This document shows positions 7,612 to 15,153 of a stretch of 31,238 nt of DNA, in pieces. The translations under genes were made by a program, and so were the position numbers. Below the pieces are notes generated by a model that worked only from the letters and a program-made list of their open reading frames with translations, ran no database searches and had not been told where the DNA came from. The DNA lies in IMG/VR virus record IMGVR_UViG_3300034965_000022, positions 1 to 31,238 of that record; one strand, given 5' to 3'. Position 1 is the stretch's first letter. The number at the start of each line of letters is the position of its first letter. The stretch is from a virus. Its lineage: Duplodnaviria; Caudoviricetes.

Positions 7612-9192
7612 TTACTTTTTTTGTCCATAGTTGATGTCAATAAACCTCATTGCATAGAGCACAGAGTCGAGGATGTCTGGATGGAAGCACTCGTCATCAA
7701 CCTTTCGCGTAAGCTCATCCTTCTCATTCCTTGCGAATACTGTCTTCAGGCACTCATCGGCAAAGTGTCCGCCTTCACGCACCTTCAGGTTTCCCGTGCG
7801 GACGTTTTCCTGCAACTGCTCTATGGCGAAATCCTTGTCAGCCTTGTATGCGTCGAGGCATGGCAGTCCATATTCCTTTGCAAGCTCATAAGATATTTTC
7901 TTTCCTGCACCGCCAGAGTCTGAGTAGATATAGAAATGCCTGTCAGGAATCTGCTTAAATAGTGGATTGCTATTCACATATTCCATGCCCACCTTGATCT
8001 TGTCGGCAAGCTCGGTTATTCCTGTGCGGTTTCCCTTGTGCTCAAATATGATCCATCGCTCTGGCTTACTTGTCGAGAACATGACTATTGCAAACCCGTC
8101 TGAGTCTATGTATCCGTAGTCAAGGCCAGCAGAGAACTTGATGTCTGTCACAGGTTGAGAGTTTATCCAGTTGGCAATGTCTCCGTCATGAAAATAGTTG
8201 GCTGGTGTGAGCCTATACACAAGGGCATCATCGTCATACGAAATCTGTCCCAAGTATTCCCTCTGGAACAATGGCGACTTGTCGGTCAAGCCCTTCTCTG
8301 TCTTGATAGTCTCAAGCACATTCTCATAGTCTGGAATGAATGGATTATCCTTGATAGACCAGTTGAGCCTGAACGCCTTCTTGGTTCCTGTCCACAACTC
8401 TTCCCAATAGGTTCCCCTCACCTTTGGCCCTGTTCCCATGAGCATCAGTTGCCCTCTTCGATCCAGCAATGTAGGCTCGATAATCTCTTCCATCAGTATT
8501 GGCAAAGCCTTTTGTGACTGAGCCTCATCTATGATAACCAAGTCCCACTTTGATCCTCGAATCTTGTCTCGCTCATCGACAGTTGTATTGCCACAGAAAT
8601 GCACTTCCTGCCCTCCCTGTAGCTTCATGAGCCCTTCAGTACGCCTGTGCTCAGATATCTCTATGCCGAGATTATTAAAGCCATCCATGAGCGGTTGCCA
8701 AAAGAGTTCAAGGCATCGGGTAAATGACAAACCAATGATGAGCACTCTGGCGTCTGGCTTGGTGAGAACCGTGTCCTCCACCTTTCGCACTGCGCCGTCA
8801 GTCTTTCCAGCCCTTCGTCCTGCCATGCAAAAAATATATTTTTCTTTTGTCAAAAGTATTTTCTGTTGCATGTCATGGCAGTCCTTGATGATCCTGTATG
8901 ACAGAAAGTCTGTATCCTCTCGCCTTGAGCGGTTGAGGTGCTTGTCAATGTCATCCAACACACCATCCTGTATCAACTTGTCCGCCATATACATGGCTTC
9001 CTTTGATCCGGGAATGAGTGCGGCCTTCTTCAGGTTCTCCAAGAATGCGACATAGTAGGGGACAGTCGTGCTCCCCTGCTTTACCTTTGAGTTCATGATG
9101 TCAACAAAGGCACCTTGTATCAGTGCCTTGTAGCTTGTGGAGCCAACTGGGCGTCCAGCAGGGTTTCCAGATTGTCCTTTTTTGAATGACAT
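7612..9192 (-). CDS. terL: Terminase large subunit with N-terminal DUF5681/small-terminase-like domain
   Basis: Walker A AGRRAGKT, Walker B LVIIDEAQ, motif MGTG, and RNase-H-like nuclease residues AGLDYG..DSD and HPDILDSVLYA. N-terminus is FKKGQSGNPAGRPVG. Confidence 0.93.
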   Translation of the reverse strand: MSFKKGQSGNPAGRPVGSTSYKALIQGAFVDIMNSKVKQGSTTVPYYVAFLENLKKAALIPGSKEAMYMADKLIQDGVLDDIDKHLNRSRREDTDFLSYRIIKDCHDMQQKILLTKEKYIFCMAGRRAGKTDGAVRKVEDTVLTKPDARVLIIGLSFTRCLELFWQPLMDGFNNLGIEISEHRRTEGLMKLQGGQEVHFCGNTTVDERDKIRGSKWDLVIIDEAQSQKALPILMEEIIEPTLLDRRGQLMLMGTGPKVRGTYWEELWTGTKKAFRLNWSIKDNPFIPDYENVLETIKTEKGLTDKSPLFQREYLGQISYDDDALVYRLTPANYFHDGDIANWINSQPVTDIKFSAGLDYGYIDSDGFAIVMFSTSKPERWIIFEHKGNRTGITELADKIKVGMEYVNSNPLFKQIPDRHFYIYSDSGGAGKKISYELAKEYGLPCLDAYKADKDFAIEQLQENVRTGNLKVREGGHFADECLKTVFARNEKDELTRKVDDECFHPDILDSVLYAMRFIDINYGQKK

Positions 9193-9221
9193 AGCTTGAA
9201 TTCTCCTTGATGTTTCAACTC

Positions 9222-9231
9222 ATATAGTTAC
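9222..9231 (-). promoter_or_regulatory. GTAACTATAT motif (putative late promoter) at the head of the late operon
   Basis: Exact copy between the early-region terminator and the terL RBS. Confidence 0.72.
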
Positions 9232-9251
9232 CTGTATACCGAAAAGTTTAC

Positions 9252-9273
9252 AAAAAAGCGGCTTTTCAGCCGC
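9252..9273 (-). terminator. Intrinsic terminator ending the early/middle region
   Basis: GCGGCT-GAAA-AGCCGC followed by TTTTTT. Confidence 0.85.
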
Positions 9274-9280
9274 CGTATGT

Positions 9281-9796
9281 TTACTCAGTTTCTGTTTCCT
9301 TTTCTTGCCGCTCGACTTCCAATGAGTCGGCCTTGATCATGTCGAAATGTATCTTGTAGATCAGCTTCTTGTTTTTTACCCTCTTTGACATGTACATACA
9401 CTTGAACAACTCATTGACAATCTCATAGTAGGACACAGATGGTATTCCAGTCTGCTTTATGATAGCCTCATTGTTTGGGATGAACTCGGCATTCGCAGGA
9501 TCACCATACGAACGCTTGGGAAACTGATCTATGAGTCGCCAGAGCACCTTAGTCTTTGAGAACCCAATCTTCTTGAAGATGTTAAACATGTGCCTGTTCT
9601 TTTCCTGCTCTACCTTTATGTCATCCTTGTAGAATGTGTCTATGTTCTGCTTGGCAATCTTTGCCTCATCCTCGTTGATGATGCCTTCGCCAAGTGCGTA
9701 GGCCACCAGTGTCGTCACATACGCCCTGTCATGCGGCAACCATTGCACAATCTCCATGTCTATAGCCTGTTTGTCGTTCATCTGTTCCTGTGTCAT
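9281..9796 (-). CDS. Hypothetical protein, possible C-terminal winged-helix DNA-binding domain
   Basis: 171 aa with ATGA coupling to the upstream gene. NNEAIIKQTGIPSVSYYEIVNELFKCMYMSKR...IYKIHF resembles a wHTH. Confidence 0.55.
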   Translation of the reverse strand: MTQEQMNDKQAIDMEIVQWLPHDRAYVTTLVAYALGEGIINEDEAKIAKQNIDTFYKDDIKVEQEKNRHMFNIFKKIGFSKTKVLWRLIDQFPKRSYGDPANAEFIPNNEAIIKQTGIPSVSYYEIVNELFKCMYMSKRVKNKKLIYKIHFDMIKADSLEVERQEKETETE

Positions 9797-9942
9797 TTCG
9801 TTTCCCCTTGTGTAGCGTCAAGTGTAATGTAGTAATCTATGAGGGTTCTCAGGACATCAGGAATCTTGTTGCCAGATATCTCTTGGTGAACCTCAAGCCA
9901 TTCCTTCTGGAAGACTGGTATGCGGATGGACAGAACAGCCAT
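9793..9942 (-). CDS. Ribbon-helix-helix (CopG/Arc-like) regulator, 49 aa
   Basis: Not in the ORF track. MAVLSIRIPVFQKEWLEVHQEISGNKIPDVLRTLIDYYITLDATQGETK has the alternating strand + P + helix + G-turn + helix pattern. RBS AAGGAA. Confidence 0.7.
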   Translation of the reverse strand: MAVLSIRIPVFQKEWLEVHQEISGNKIPDVLRTLIDYYITLDATQGETK

Positions 9943-9949
9943 CTTTTCC

Positions 9950-10258
9950 TTACTCTTCTTTTCTTTCATATTTGTCGAGTTCCTTCAGGACTTCCTCTCC
10001 GATAGTCGCCGACAGTTCATCAACTATCTGTTTCTCAGTCTTTCCAGCGAGATATAGAGCTATGGTGTCCTGCCTGTCCTTCAATAGTTTTGGATCATAT
10101 TTCTCATACCACTTTTTGTGGAGCCCTAGCCACATGCCGTTGAACTGATCGAGCGACAATACGATGGTTTCCTTGTCCCACTCTTTCCAGTCTGGGCACG
10201 ACTTAACCTGCACTGCGCACTTGCCGTAGTAGTTGCAGGTGTAGCAACTGTTTTTCAT
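9950..10258 (-). CDS. Hypothetical protein with N-terminal Cys cluster
   Basis: CxxCxxxxxCxxxxxxC at the N-terminus; TAATG-coupled to the upstream gene. Confidence 0.7.
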   Translation of the reverse strand: MKNSCYTCNYYGKCAVQVKSCPDWKEWDKETIVLSLDQFNGMWLGLHKKWYEKYDPKLLKDRQDTIALYLAGKTEKQIVDELSATIGEEVLKELDKYERKEE

Positions 10259-10803
10259 TAGTTTCTCCTTGTATGTATGTAGAGTTTATGCAGACGCACT
10301 GCATGGTCATAGATAAACTTCTTGTCTAGGTAGGCATTGATGGTGATGATGAATGCCTTGTAGCTCTTGGCCTTGTAGCAGTCGATGAGCACATTTCGCC
10401 AGTAGACAGTATCCGACATCAAGTCCTCTATGACGAACCTAGTGTCCTCATCATGTTCTTTTTCTGGCGAAGCCATGTTGACATCCAACTCATCTTGGCA
10501 TTTCTCATTCTTCTTTTTTTTGGAATACAAAAAAAACAGAACCTCCAAATAGATTCTGTTCCTGAACGACCTGCACTCCCAGTTTGAGTCCTTCATGTAC
10601 ATCTCGATAAAACGTGTGGATGCATCATACGCAAGTTCCTCTATGGTATCCTTGGGCATATGAAATCCTGTCTTCTTGAGTTGCAGGATGAACAAGGGCT
10701 GGCTCATGCTCTCAATCTCAGACCTCAAACACCCCAAGATTATAGGATGTTTGGATACGAGATATATTTCCTGTAGGGCCTTAGCCCTTGTCTCATCAAG
10801 CAT
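10258..10803 (-). CDS. Sigma-70 region-2-like protein (truncated sigma-like factor)
   Basis: IEELAYDASTRFIEMY...SFRNRIYLEVLFFLY..KK resembles region 2.2-2.4. No clear region-4 HTH. Confidence 0.45.
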   Translation of the reverse strand: MLDETRAKALQEIYLVSKHPIILGCLRSEIESMSQPLFILQLKKTGFHMPKDTIEELAYDASTRFIEMYMKDSNWECRSFRNRIYLEVLFFLYSKKKKNEKCQDELDVNMASPEKEHDEDTRFVIEDLMSDTVYWRNVLIDCYKAKSYKAFIITINAYLDKKFIYDHAVRLHKLYIHTRRN

Positions 10804-11143
10804 TACAATGTTTCTCCAAATACTTTTTTACAATATCATTTACACAGCTATCAAATACATCTTTCCTTTTTCCTTCTTCTATTTTTGATATTTTTTCATA
10901 TGCTGAAAATGCATATTCACATTCATAATCCAACAGTTCTGGATAAAACTCTTGTATATCTTGGCTATATATTTGTTTGTGGTACAGTTCTTGTATATCT
11001 ACATATATATGTCCACAATATGAATCTATGATACCGCCAGCATTTTTTATTAGATCAACCACTTCCATTGGTGTTCTTGCATCTCTTATTTTTAAGAGAT
11101 GTTTATATAGTTCTGAGTTTTTTTCCCTTTCTTCTCGCTTCAT
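10796..11143 (-). CDS. Hypothetical protein (115 aa, AT-rich)
   Basis: RBS GGAGG; overlaps both neighbouring genes. Confidence 0.7.
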   Translation of the reverse strand: MKREEREKNSELYKHLLKIRDARTPMEVVDLIKNAGGIIDSYCGHIYVDIQELYHKQIYSQDIQEFYPELLDYECEYAFSAYEKISKIEEGKRKDVFDSCVNDIVKKYLEKHCNA

Positions 11144-11340
11144 TTTATTTCCTCCATGACATATTCAGTCTCTGGATATACTACAGAACGGTGTCCGCAT
11201 CTCGTGCAGACAAATACCATGACCTCTGACGACACATATTCCTCAACATAAGTATGCACACCACCAGCCCTGCAAAGCTCATCTTCAGGATCAGAAATAT
11301 ATTCAAGTCCAAGATATTTCTGAAACTCTTGATCATCCAT
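11140..11340 (-). CDS. Small zinc-ribbon-like protein (C-x5-H...CxxC)
   Basis: Start re-assigned to ATG 11340 (RBS AAGGAG). Contains CRAGGVHTY...VCTRCG. Confidence 0.65.
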   Translation of the reverse strand: MDDQEFQKYLGLEYISDPEDELCRAGGVHTYVEEYVSSEVMVFVCTRCGHRSVVYPETEYVMEEIK

Positions 11341-11371
11341 TTTGTTTCTCCTTTGTCTATTATCTTGTAGG

Positions 11372-11707
11372 CTATTTCTCATAAGTGAAATATTTGGATA
11401 CGAATTGTTTCAGTCCCGTCACGAATTCTGTGTCAGATGATATCTTCAGTATGTCATGGCACATGTCGTGGCACCTGTGGCAGAGCACCATCACATCCTC
11501 TCTCTTCTCTTTCCACAGATGCTGGTACGACTTGTGGTGGCAGTTGAACACCCTGTTGATCTTCTTTTCCTTCTTCCTCGTCCACTTCCATCGTGCGCAT
11601 CCACACAGTTCGCATACCGTATTGTCTGGATCAGTCATCTTCTTTGTGAACTGCTTCCAGTGTAGGCTTTTGTAGTATTCCTTCATGTCCGTGTTTTCTC
11701 GGTTCAC
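11372..11707 (-). CDS. HNH endonuclease (phage type with CxxC / HH / CxxCH)
   Basis: YYKSLHWK...CELCG...NCHHKSY..L..E..EDVMVLCHRCHDMCH. The start may instead be ATG 11686. Confidence 0.85.
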   Translation of the reverse strand: MNRENTDMKEYYKSLHWKQFTKKMTDPDNTVCELCGCARWKWTRKKEKKINRVFNCHHKSYQHLWKEKREDVMVLCHRCHDMCHDILKISSDTEFVTGLKQFVSKYFTYEK

Positions 11708-12185
11708 TGTTCCTCCTATAGACTTTATATCCTTTCTTCTCCATCGCCTTCTTGGCCGTGCTATTCATGTACAGGGTGTGCTTGTTGTAATACTGGTTAT
11801 ACAGATCGAGCACATCATCCTTGTCAAACACATATCCTGCCACCTCGACAAGCTGTGCGTCTCCATATAGCTCCTGCTCATAATACAGATCATCATTAAG
11901 TGGAGTCTCCTGTATGGCATTGAGCTTCTTGGTGTTCTTTGTCCTTCGAAACTCGTAGAGAAACTGCATCTTGATGATCCTGTAGAAATATGAGAAGGCC
12001 ATCCCACGCTCTATGGTGTAGGATGGCAGATACCTGAATGCCCTGAAGATGGCCTCCTGAGACCAGTCCTCAAACATGGGATGCTTCTTGAACCCGCAAA
12101 GGGAGGTTATCTGTGAGAAAAAATAAAATATTTTGCTTTCGTCGCCCGACTCCACGGCCTCTTGCATCTCATGCCTGTCTATCAT
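11631..12185 (-). CDS. gp55-like / sigma region-2 late transcription factor
   Basis: FEDWSQEAIFRAFRYLPSY..ERGMAFSYFYRIIKMQFLYEFRR matches the sigma region-2 pattern as seen in T4 gp55-type proteins (ED..S....C..Y...F...K...F.YFT.I....F...I). 184 aa, no region 4. Confidence 0.65.
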   Translation of the reverse strand: MIDRHEMQEAVESGDESKIFYFFSQITSLCGFKKHPMFEDWSQEAIFRAFRYLPSYTIERGMAFSYFYRIIKMQFLYEFRRTKNTKKLNAIQETPLNDDLYYEQELYGDAQLVEVAGYVFDKDDVLDLYNQYYNKHTLYMNSTAKKAMEKKGYKVYRRNSEPRKHGHEGILQKPTLEAVHKEDD

Positions 12186-12365
12186 TTACTTGTTCCTTTT
12201 GTTGTATTCTTCCTCTGCGGTTGCAAAATATGGTGACTCTCGTATCCTAAAATACAGGTTAATAACCTCCATACAGTCATTCTCAATTTCCTTGCCATGA
12301 ATATCCATTAGCTTTTGTACCATTGTCATATCTTCAAGATATTGCATATAATCTGAACTAAGCAT
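12186..12365 (-). CDS. Hypothetical protein (59 aa)
   Basis: Below the track cutoff. RBS GGAGG; MLSSDYMQYLEDM...YNKRNK; stop abuts the next ATG. Confidence 0.7.
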   Translation of the reverse strand: MLSSDYMQYLEDMTMVQKLMDIHGKEIENDCMEVINLYFRIRESPYFATAEEEYNKRNK

Positions 12366-12570
12366 TGTTTTCCTCCTGTGAAAAACTTACCGATCCCTTG
12401 CCATCCATCTTTCCCCTGACAACATCCACTATGTTTCCGACTTGCTTTCTGTTCTGAAAGTATTCCATATACTCCTCGGGTATTGAAGAGTTGGTGGCTG
12501 GCCAACCAGCTACAGTCTCACCATCGTCATACTCAAAATAAAATTTATTTTTGTATTGAAAGCATTTCAT
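12358..12570 (-). CDS. Hypothetical protein (70 aa)
   Basis: RBS AGGAG; ATGA overlap with the upstream gene. Confidence 0.7.
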   Translation of the reverse strand: MKCFQYKNKFYFEYDDGETVAGWPATNSSIPEEYMEYFQNRKQVGNIVDVVRGKMDGKGSVSFSQEENNA

Positions 12571-12773
12571 TTATCTCTCCTTTTTAGGTATCCCCAAAGC
12601 TTCTCTGCCACATCAGGCAGATTGTTGTAAAAGACTTTATCCTCCAAGCATATAGAGCATTTGACTACGGTAATCTCATCAGACTCATATACGACTATCC
12701 ACTCGTGTCTGCGGCCCGTGTAGCACTCTGACACCAAGAGTGGAACCACAGGATCGAACCCCTCAATACTCAT
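12567..12773 (-). CDS. Small zinc-ribbon-like protein (C-x5-H...CxxC)
   Basis: CYTGRRHEW...KCSIC; resembles 11140..11340. Confidence 0.65.
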   Translation of the reverse strand: MSIEGFDPVVPLLVSECYTGRRHEWIVVYESDEITVVKCSICLEDKVFYNNLPDVAEKLWGYLKRRDK

Positions 12774-12942
12774 AATCCATTTGTATCTTTACGTCATTAA
12801 GCTCGCAGAAGTGTGTAAACTCCTCCGTAAGCTTTGCGTCAACCATGGTTATCATATGATCTGATGCCGACAGAACCAAGCTCATGTTCTTGTGGATCAG
12901 GTAATGGATGGCATCTACATTGTCTGACTGCAAAAGGATCAT
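12763..12942 (-). CDS. Hypothetical protein (59 aa)
   Basis: Below the track cutoff. RBS GAGGTG, ATGA overlap; MILLQSDNVDAIHYL...QMDYEY. Confidence 0.65.
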   Translation of the reverse strand: MILLQSDNVDAIHYLIHKNMSLVLSASDHMITMVDAKLTEEFTHFCELNDVKIQMDYEY

Positions 12943-13445
12943 GTGTTCACCTCACTGTTAAATATGCAAAACTTCTCAATCTCTTTTAATGGTATGAGGT
13001 GCCCATACATGTACTGCTGGAACTTGGCGTCCCATATCTTGCTCACCCGCCATGTCTTCTCAGACTCGGCATACCAAGCCCTCAAGGCATGATAGTCATA
13101 CACATACATCTTTGTGCTCATGGCATAGATGAGATGCGCACCAACGTTAGGCCACTTGGACTTTCTGTTCATCCATCCTTCAGTTGTCGATCCATCAGAG
13201 TGCTCTGCCTTATACTCACCAAAGATATTCTGGTAGTCATTTGACACACATTTCCACTCAAGGACAAATTGCTCATCGCCAATCTTCGCCATCCCGTCAA
13301 TCTTGCCCATCGTCTGTAGTGGTGTAGACATGGGAATCTTCTTGAACCATGTATACGTCTTGTCAATGTATGGCTTCACAAGTCGTTCATATCCAGCCTT
13401 TTCTATGGCTGTCTCCTCAAGTGTTTTCTTTTCCCAGTCTCTCAT
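12939..13445 (-). CDS. PD-(D/E)XK-like nuclease-fold protein
   Basis: Q.MGKIDG......FVLEWK....Y.NIF.E...GW....HLIY motif order, typical of a phage restriction-endonuclease-like family. Confidence 0.6.
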   Translation of the reverse strand: MRDWEKKTLEETAIEKAGYERLVKPYIDKTYTWFKKIPMSTPLQTMGKIDGMAKIGDEQFVLEWKCVSNDYQNIFGEYKAEHSDGSTTEGWMNRKSKWPNVGAHLIYAMSTKMYVYDYHALRAWYAESEKTWRVSKIWDAKFQQYMYGHLIPLKEIEKFCIFNSEVNT

Positions 13446-13690
13446 CGCAAGCTCCTGATAGCTTTGTCAATCTGTTTCCTGATGCGAGCTATCTCCCTAG
13501 AGTGCCTGTCGGATTCTGTCTCCAACATCATCATGCGGGTTGACACAGCGTGTGTAGACTTGTCGGGTGTTGTTACCCAAGCAATCTCGCCGAAGTAGTC
13601 CTCATAGGTGATGCCATCAATCTGGCCCTGTGGGAACTTGGCAAGGGCGAACTGTTCGATCGTAGATAGGTTGTCCATTTTGTCCTCCAC
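13442..13690 (-). CDS. Hypothetical protein (78-82 aa)
   Basis: GGAGG precedes ATG 13678; ATGA overlap downstream. Confidence 0.7.
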   Translation of the reverse strand: MEDKMDNLSTIEQFALAKFPQGQIDGITYEDYFGEIAWVTTPDKSTHAVSTRMMMLETESDRHSREIARIRKQIDKAIRSLR

Positions 13691-13734
13691 ATTTATCTTG
13701 TGGAGATTTATTGAAAGATGAAATAATTTAAAAT

Positions 13735-13764
13735 AAAAAAAGAACCCACATTGCTGTGGGCTCT
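13735..13764 (-). terminator. Intrinsic terminator after the lipoprotein pair
   Basis: AGAGCCCACA-GCAA-TGTGGGTTCT followed by TTTTT. Confidence 0.85.
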
Positions 13765-13806
13765 AAAAGGAGATGAAATAGATGTAGTTCACATACTTAA
13801 ATATGC

Positions 13807-14196
13807 CTAAAACGTGGTGACTTTCCATCCTTTCGGCAAGGAATATCCCAAATATCTGTCGTTGGTAGGATCATAATATCCGAGTGAGCCAGCATCAACT
13901 ATGACATGGTAGCCTGTGCCAGTATCTATCGGGAGCACTTTCACAGTCCATCCAGACTGCTTGGCCAGATACTGCATGAGCACACACATGTCAAAGCAGG
14001 TTCCTTGCCTCGTCTGTAATGTCGTCTCTGCTCGTGCTACGGTATCTGTATCATCCTTAACATTGTCATACCTGATGTTGTCATATACCCACTCGTTGAT
14101 CTGGGACAGGCTCTGGAACCTGTCTGGCATAACGGTGGGCAATGACGCGCATGATACAAAGAGCAAGGCCGCAAGAAGAAAAAATTTATTTTTCAT
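13807..14196 (-). CDS. Transglutaminase-like (Cys-His-Asp) lipoprotein
   Basis: Start re-assigned: MKNKFFLLAALLFVSC lipoprotein signal. Contains WVYDNIRY, TL..RQGTCFD, YHVIV and YYDPT. Confidence 0.85.
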   Translation of the reverse strand: MKNKFFLLAALLFVSCASLPTVMPDRFQSLSQINEWVYDNIRYDNVKDDTDTVARAETTLQTRQGTCFDMCVLMQYLAKQSGWTVKVLPIDTGTGYHVIVDAGSLGYYDPTNDRYLGYSLPKGWKVTTF

Positions 14197-14197
14197 C

Positions 14198-14677
14198 TTA
14201 GAATACCTCGTCAAAGCTGTACGCATATCCTACTGGCATGTCAGATACATTACCAGTTCTAGGGTCTATGACTATGTTGCCAAAGCGAACCTGAGCATGG
14301 TTTACATCTCCACCAGACTCTACAGAACGAGAGACAGAGTATGTTCCACACACAATCTCTCCATCCTCATGCATACCGTAATGTGCAATGTTGAGGTAGA
14401 GAACAGCAAAATCCGCACAGGTTCCTATGCCAGACTCGATGGTATCTTTGGGATTATTCCAAGTCTCGACATCTGAGTAGGTGTAGTCGTATTTAGTATG
14501 AGCACGAATCCAAATGGCTATTTTGGAATATGTATCCAATGTGTCAAACTCAGGAAGGTGATAGAGGGTATGTCCAACAGCAGAGGACTCAAGATACTTG
14601 TCCTCAAATGCGTTGAATACAGGCTGGCAGGAGGTGAGAGAGAGTATGACAGCAAGCACAAGTATAATCTTTTTCAT
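14198..14677 (-). CDS. Transglutaminase-like / BTLCP-like (Cys-His-Asp) lipoprotein
   Basis: Start re-assigned: MKKIILVLAVILSLTSC lipoprotein signal. Contains WNNPKDTIESGIGTCADFAVL, NHAQV and VIDP. Confidence 0.85.
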   Translation of the reverse strand: MKKIILVLAVILSLTSCQPVFNAFEDKYLESSAVGHTLYHLPEFDTLDTYSKIAIWIRAHTKYDYTYSDVETWNNPKDTIESGIGTCADFAVLYLNIAHYGMHEDGEIVCGTYSVSRSVESGGDVNHAQVRFGNIVIDPRTGNVSDMPVGYAYSFDEVF

Positions 14678-14701
14678 CGTGTCCCCCTTTGGACAGTATC
14701 T

Positions 14702-14730
14702 AATATACCATATCTTGGTGAAAAAAGCAA
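14702..14730 (-). promoter_or_regulatory. Sigma-70-type promoter for the lipoprotein pair
   Basis: TTGCTT-N17-TATATT with extended -10 TG. Confidence 0.75.
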
Positions 14731-14736
14731 GAAAAC

Positions 14737-15153
14737 TCAATCTTTTTCGAAACATTTCTCAAGTTTGTACTCTCTCCATTTCTGGGCAAACTCTGGATAT
14801 TTTTCCATATAGTCCTTTCTGGTTGTCTTTACAAACGTCCACAGGTAGTACGGATTGATGGGAGAGCCTATATCATCCAAGCACCTGTTTATCCAGATCA
14901 TCATGGCACCAGCATTGTCTAGGTTTTCCTCAAGCCACATCATGTCAGTTGTGGCCGTCCATTTGCCGTTCTTGATCAAAGGATTTGAGCCATAGAAAAT
15001 AAATTTTTTTTCTTCATCCTCTGTCACATGCCAGTTGAGGAACAACCCAAAGTCTGCAAACCTGTCCTGAAGCTGTCTCCTCATTCCCTGAAGAAATGGA
15101 TCGCGTTTAGTCATAGTTCCATCTATGATCCTAGAGAGTTCTGATCCTGTCAT
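14737..15153 (-). CDS. Hypothetical protein (138 aa) downstream of the initiator
   Basis: RBS AGGAGG; start abuts the initiator stop. Confidence 0.75.
   Translation of the reverse strand: MTGSELSRIIDGTMTKRDPFLQGMRRQLQDRFADFGLFLNWHVTEDEEKKFIFYGSNPLIKNGKWTATTDMMWLEENLDNAGAMMIWINRCLDDIGSPINPYYLWTFVKTTRKDYMEKYPEFAQKWREYKLEKCFEKD

Noticed and set aside
10513-10540. T8...A8 inverted tract in the sigma-like gene (possible hairpin or slippage site)
   Set aside because: The all-AT stem is weak, it is explained by the FFLYSKKKK codons, and the ORF is intact.
12921-12930. TGTCTGACTG also present in the leader hairpin at 16412
   Set aside because: A single 10-bp match chosen after the fact is expected by chance in 31 kb.
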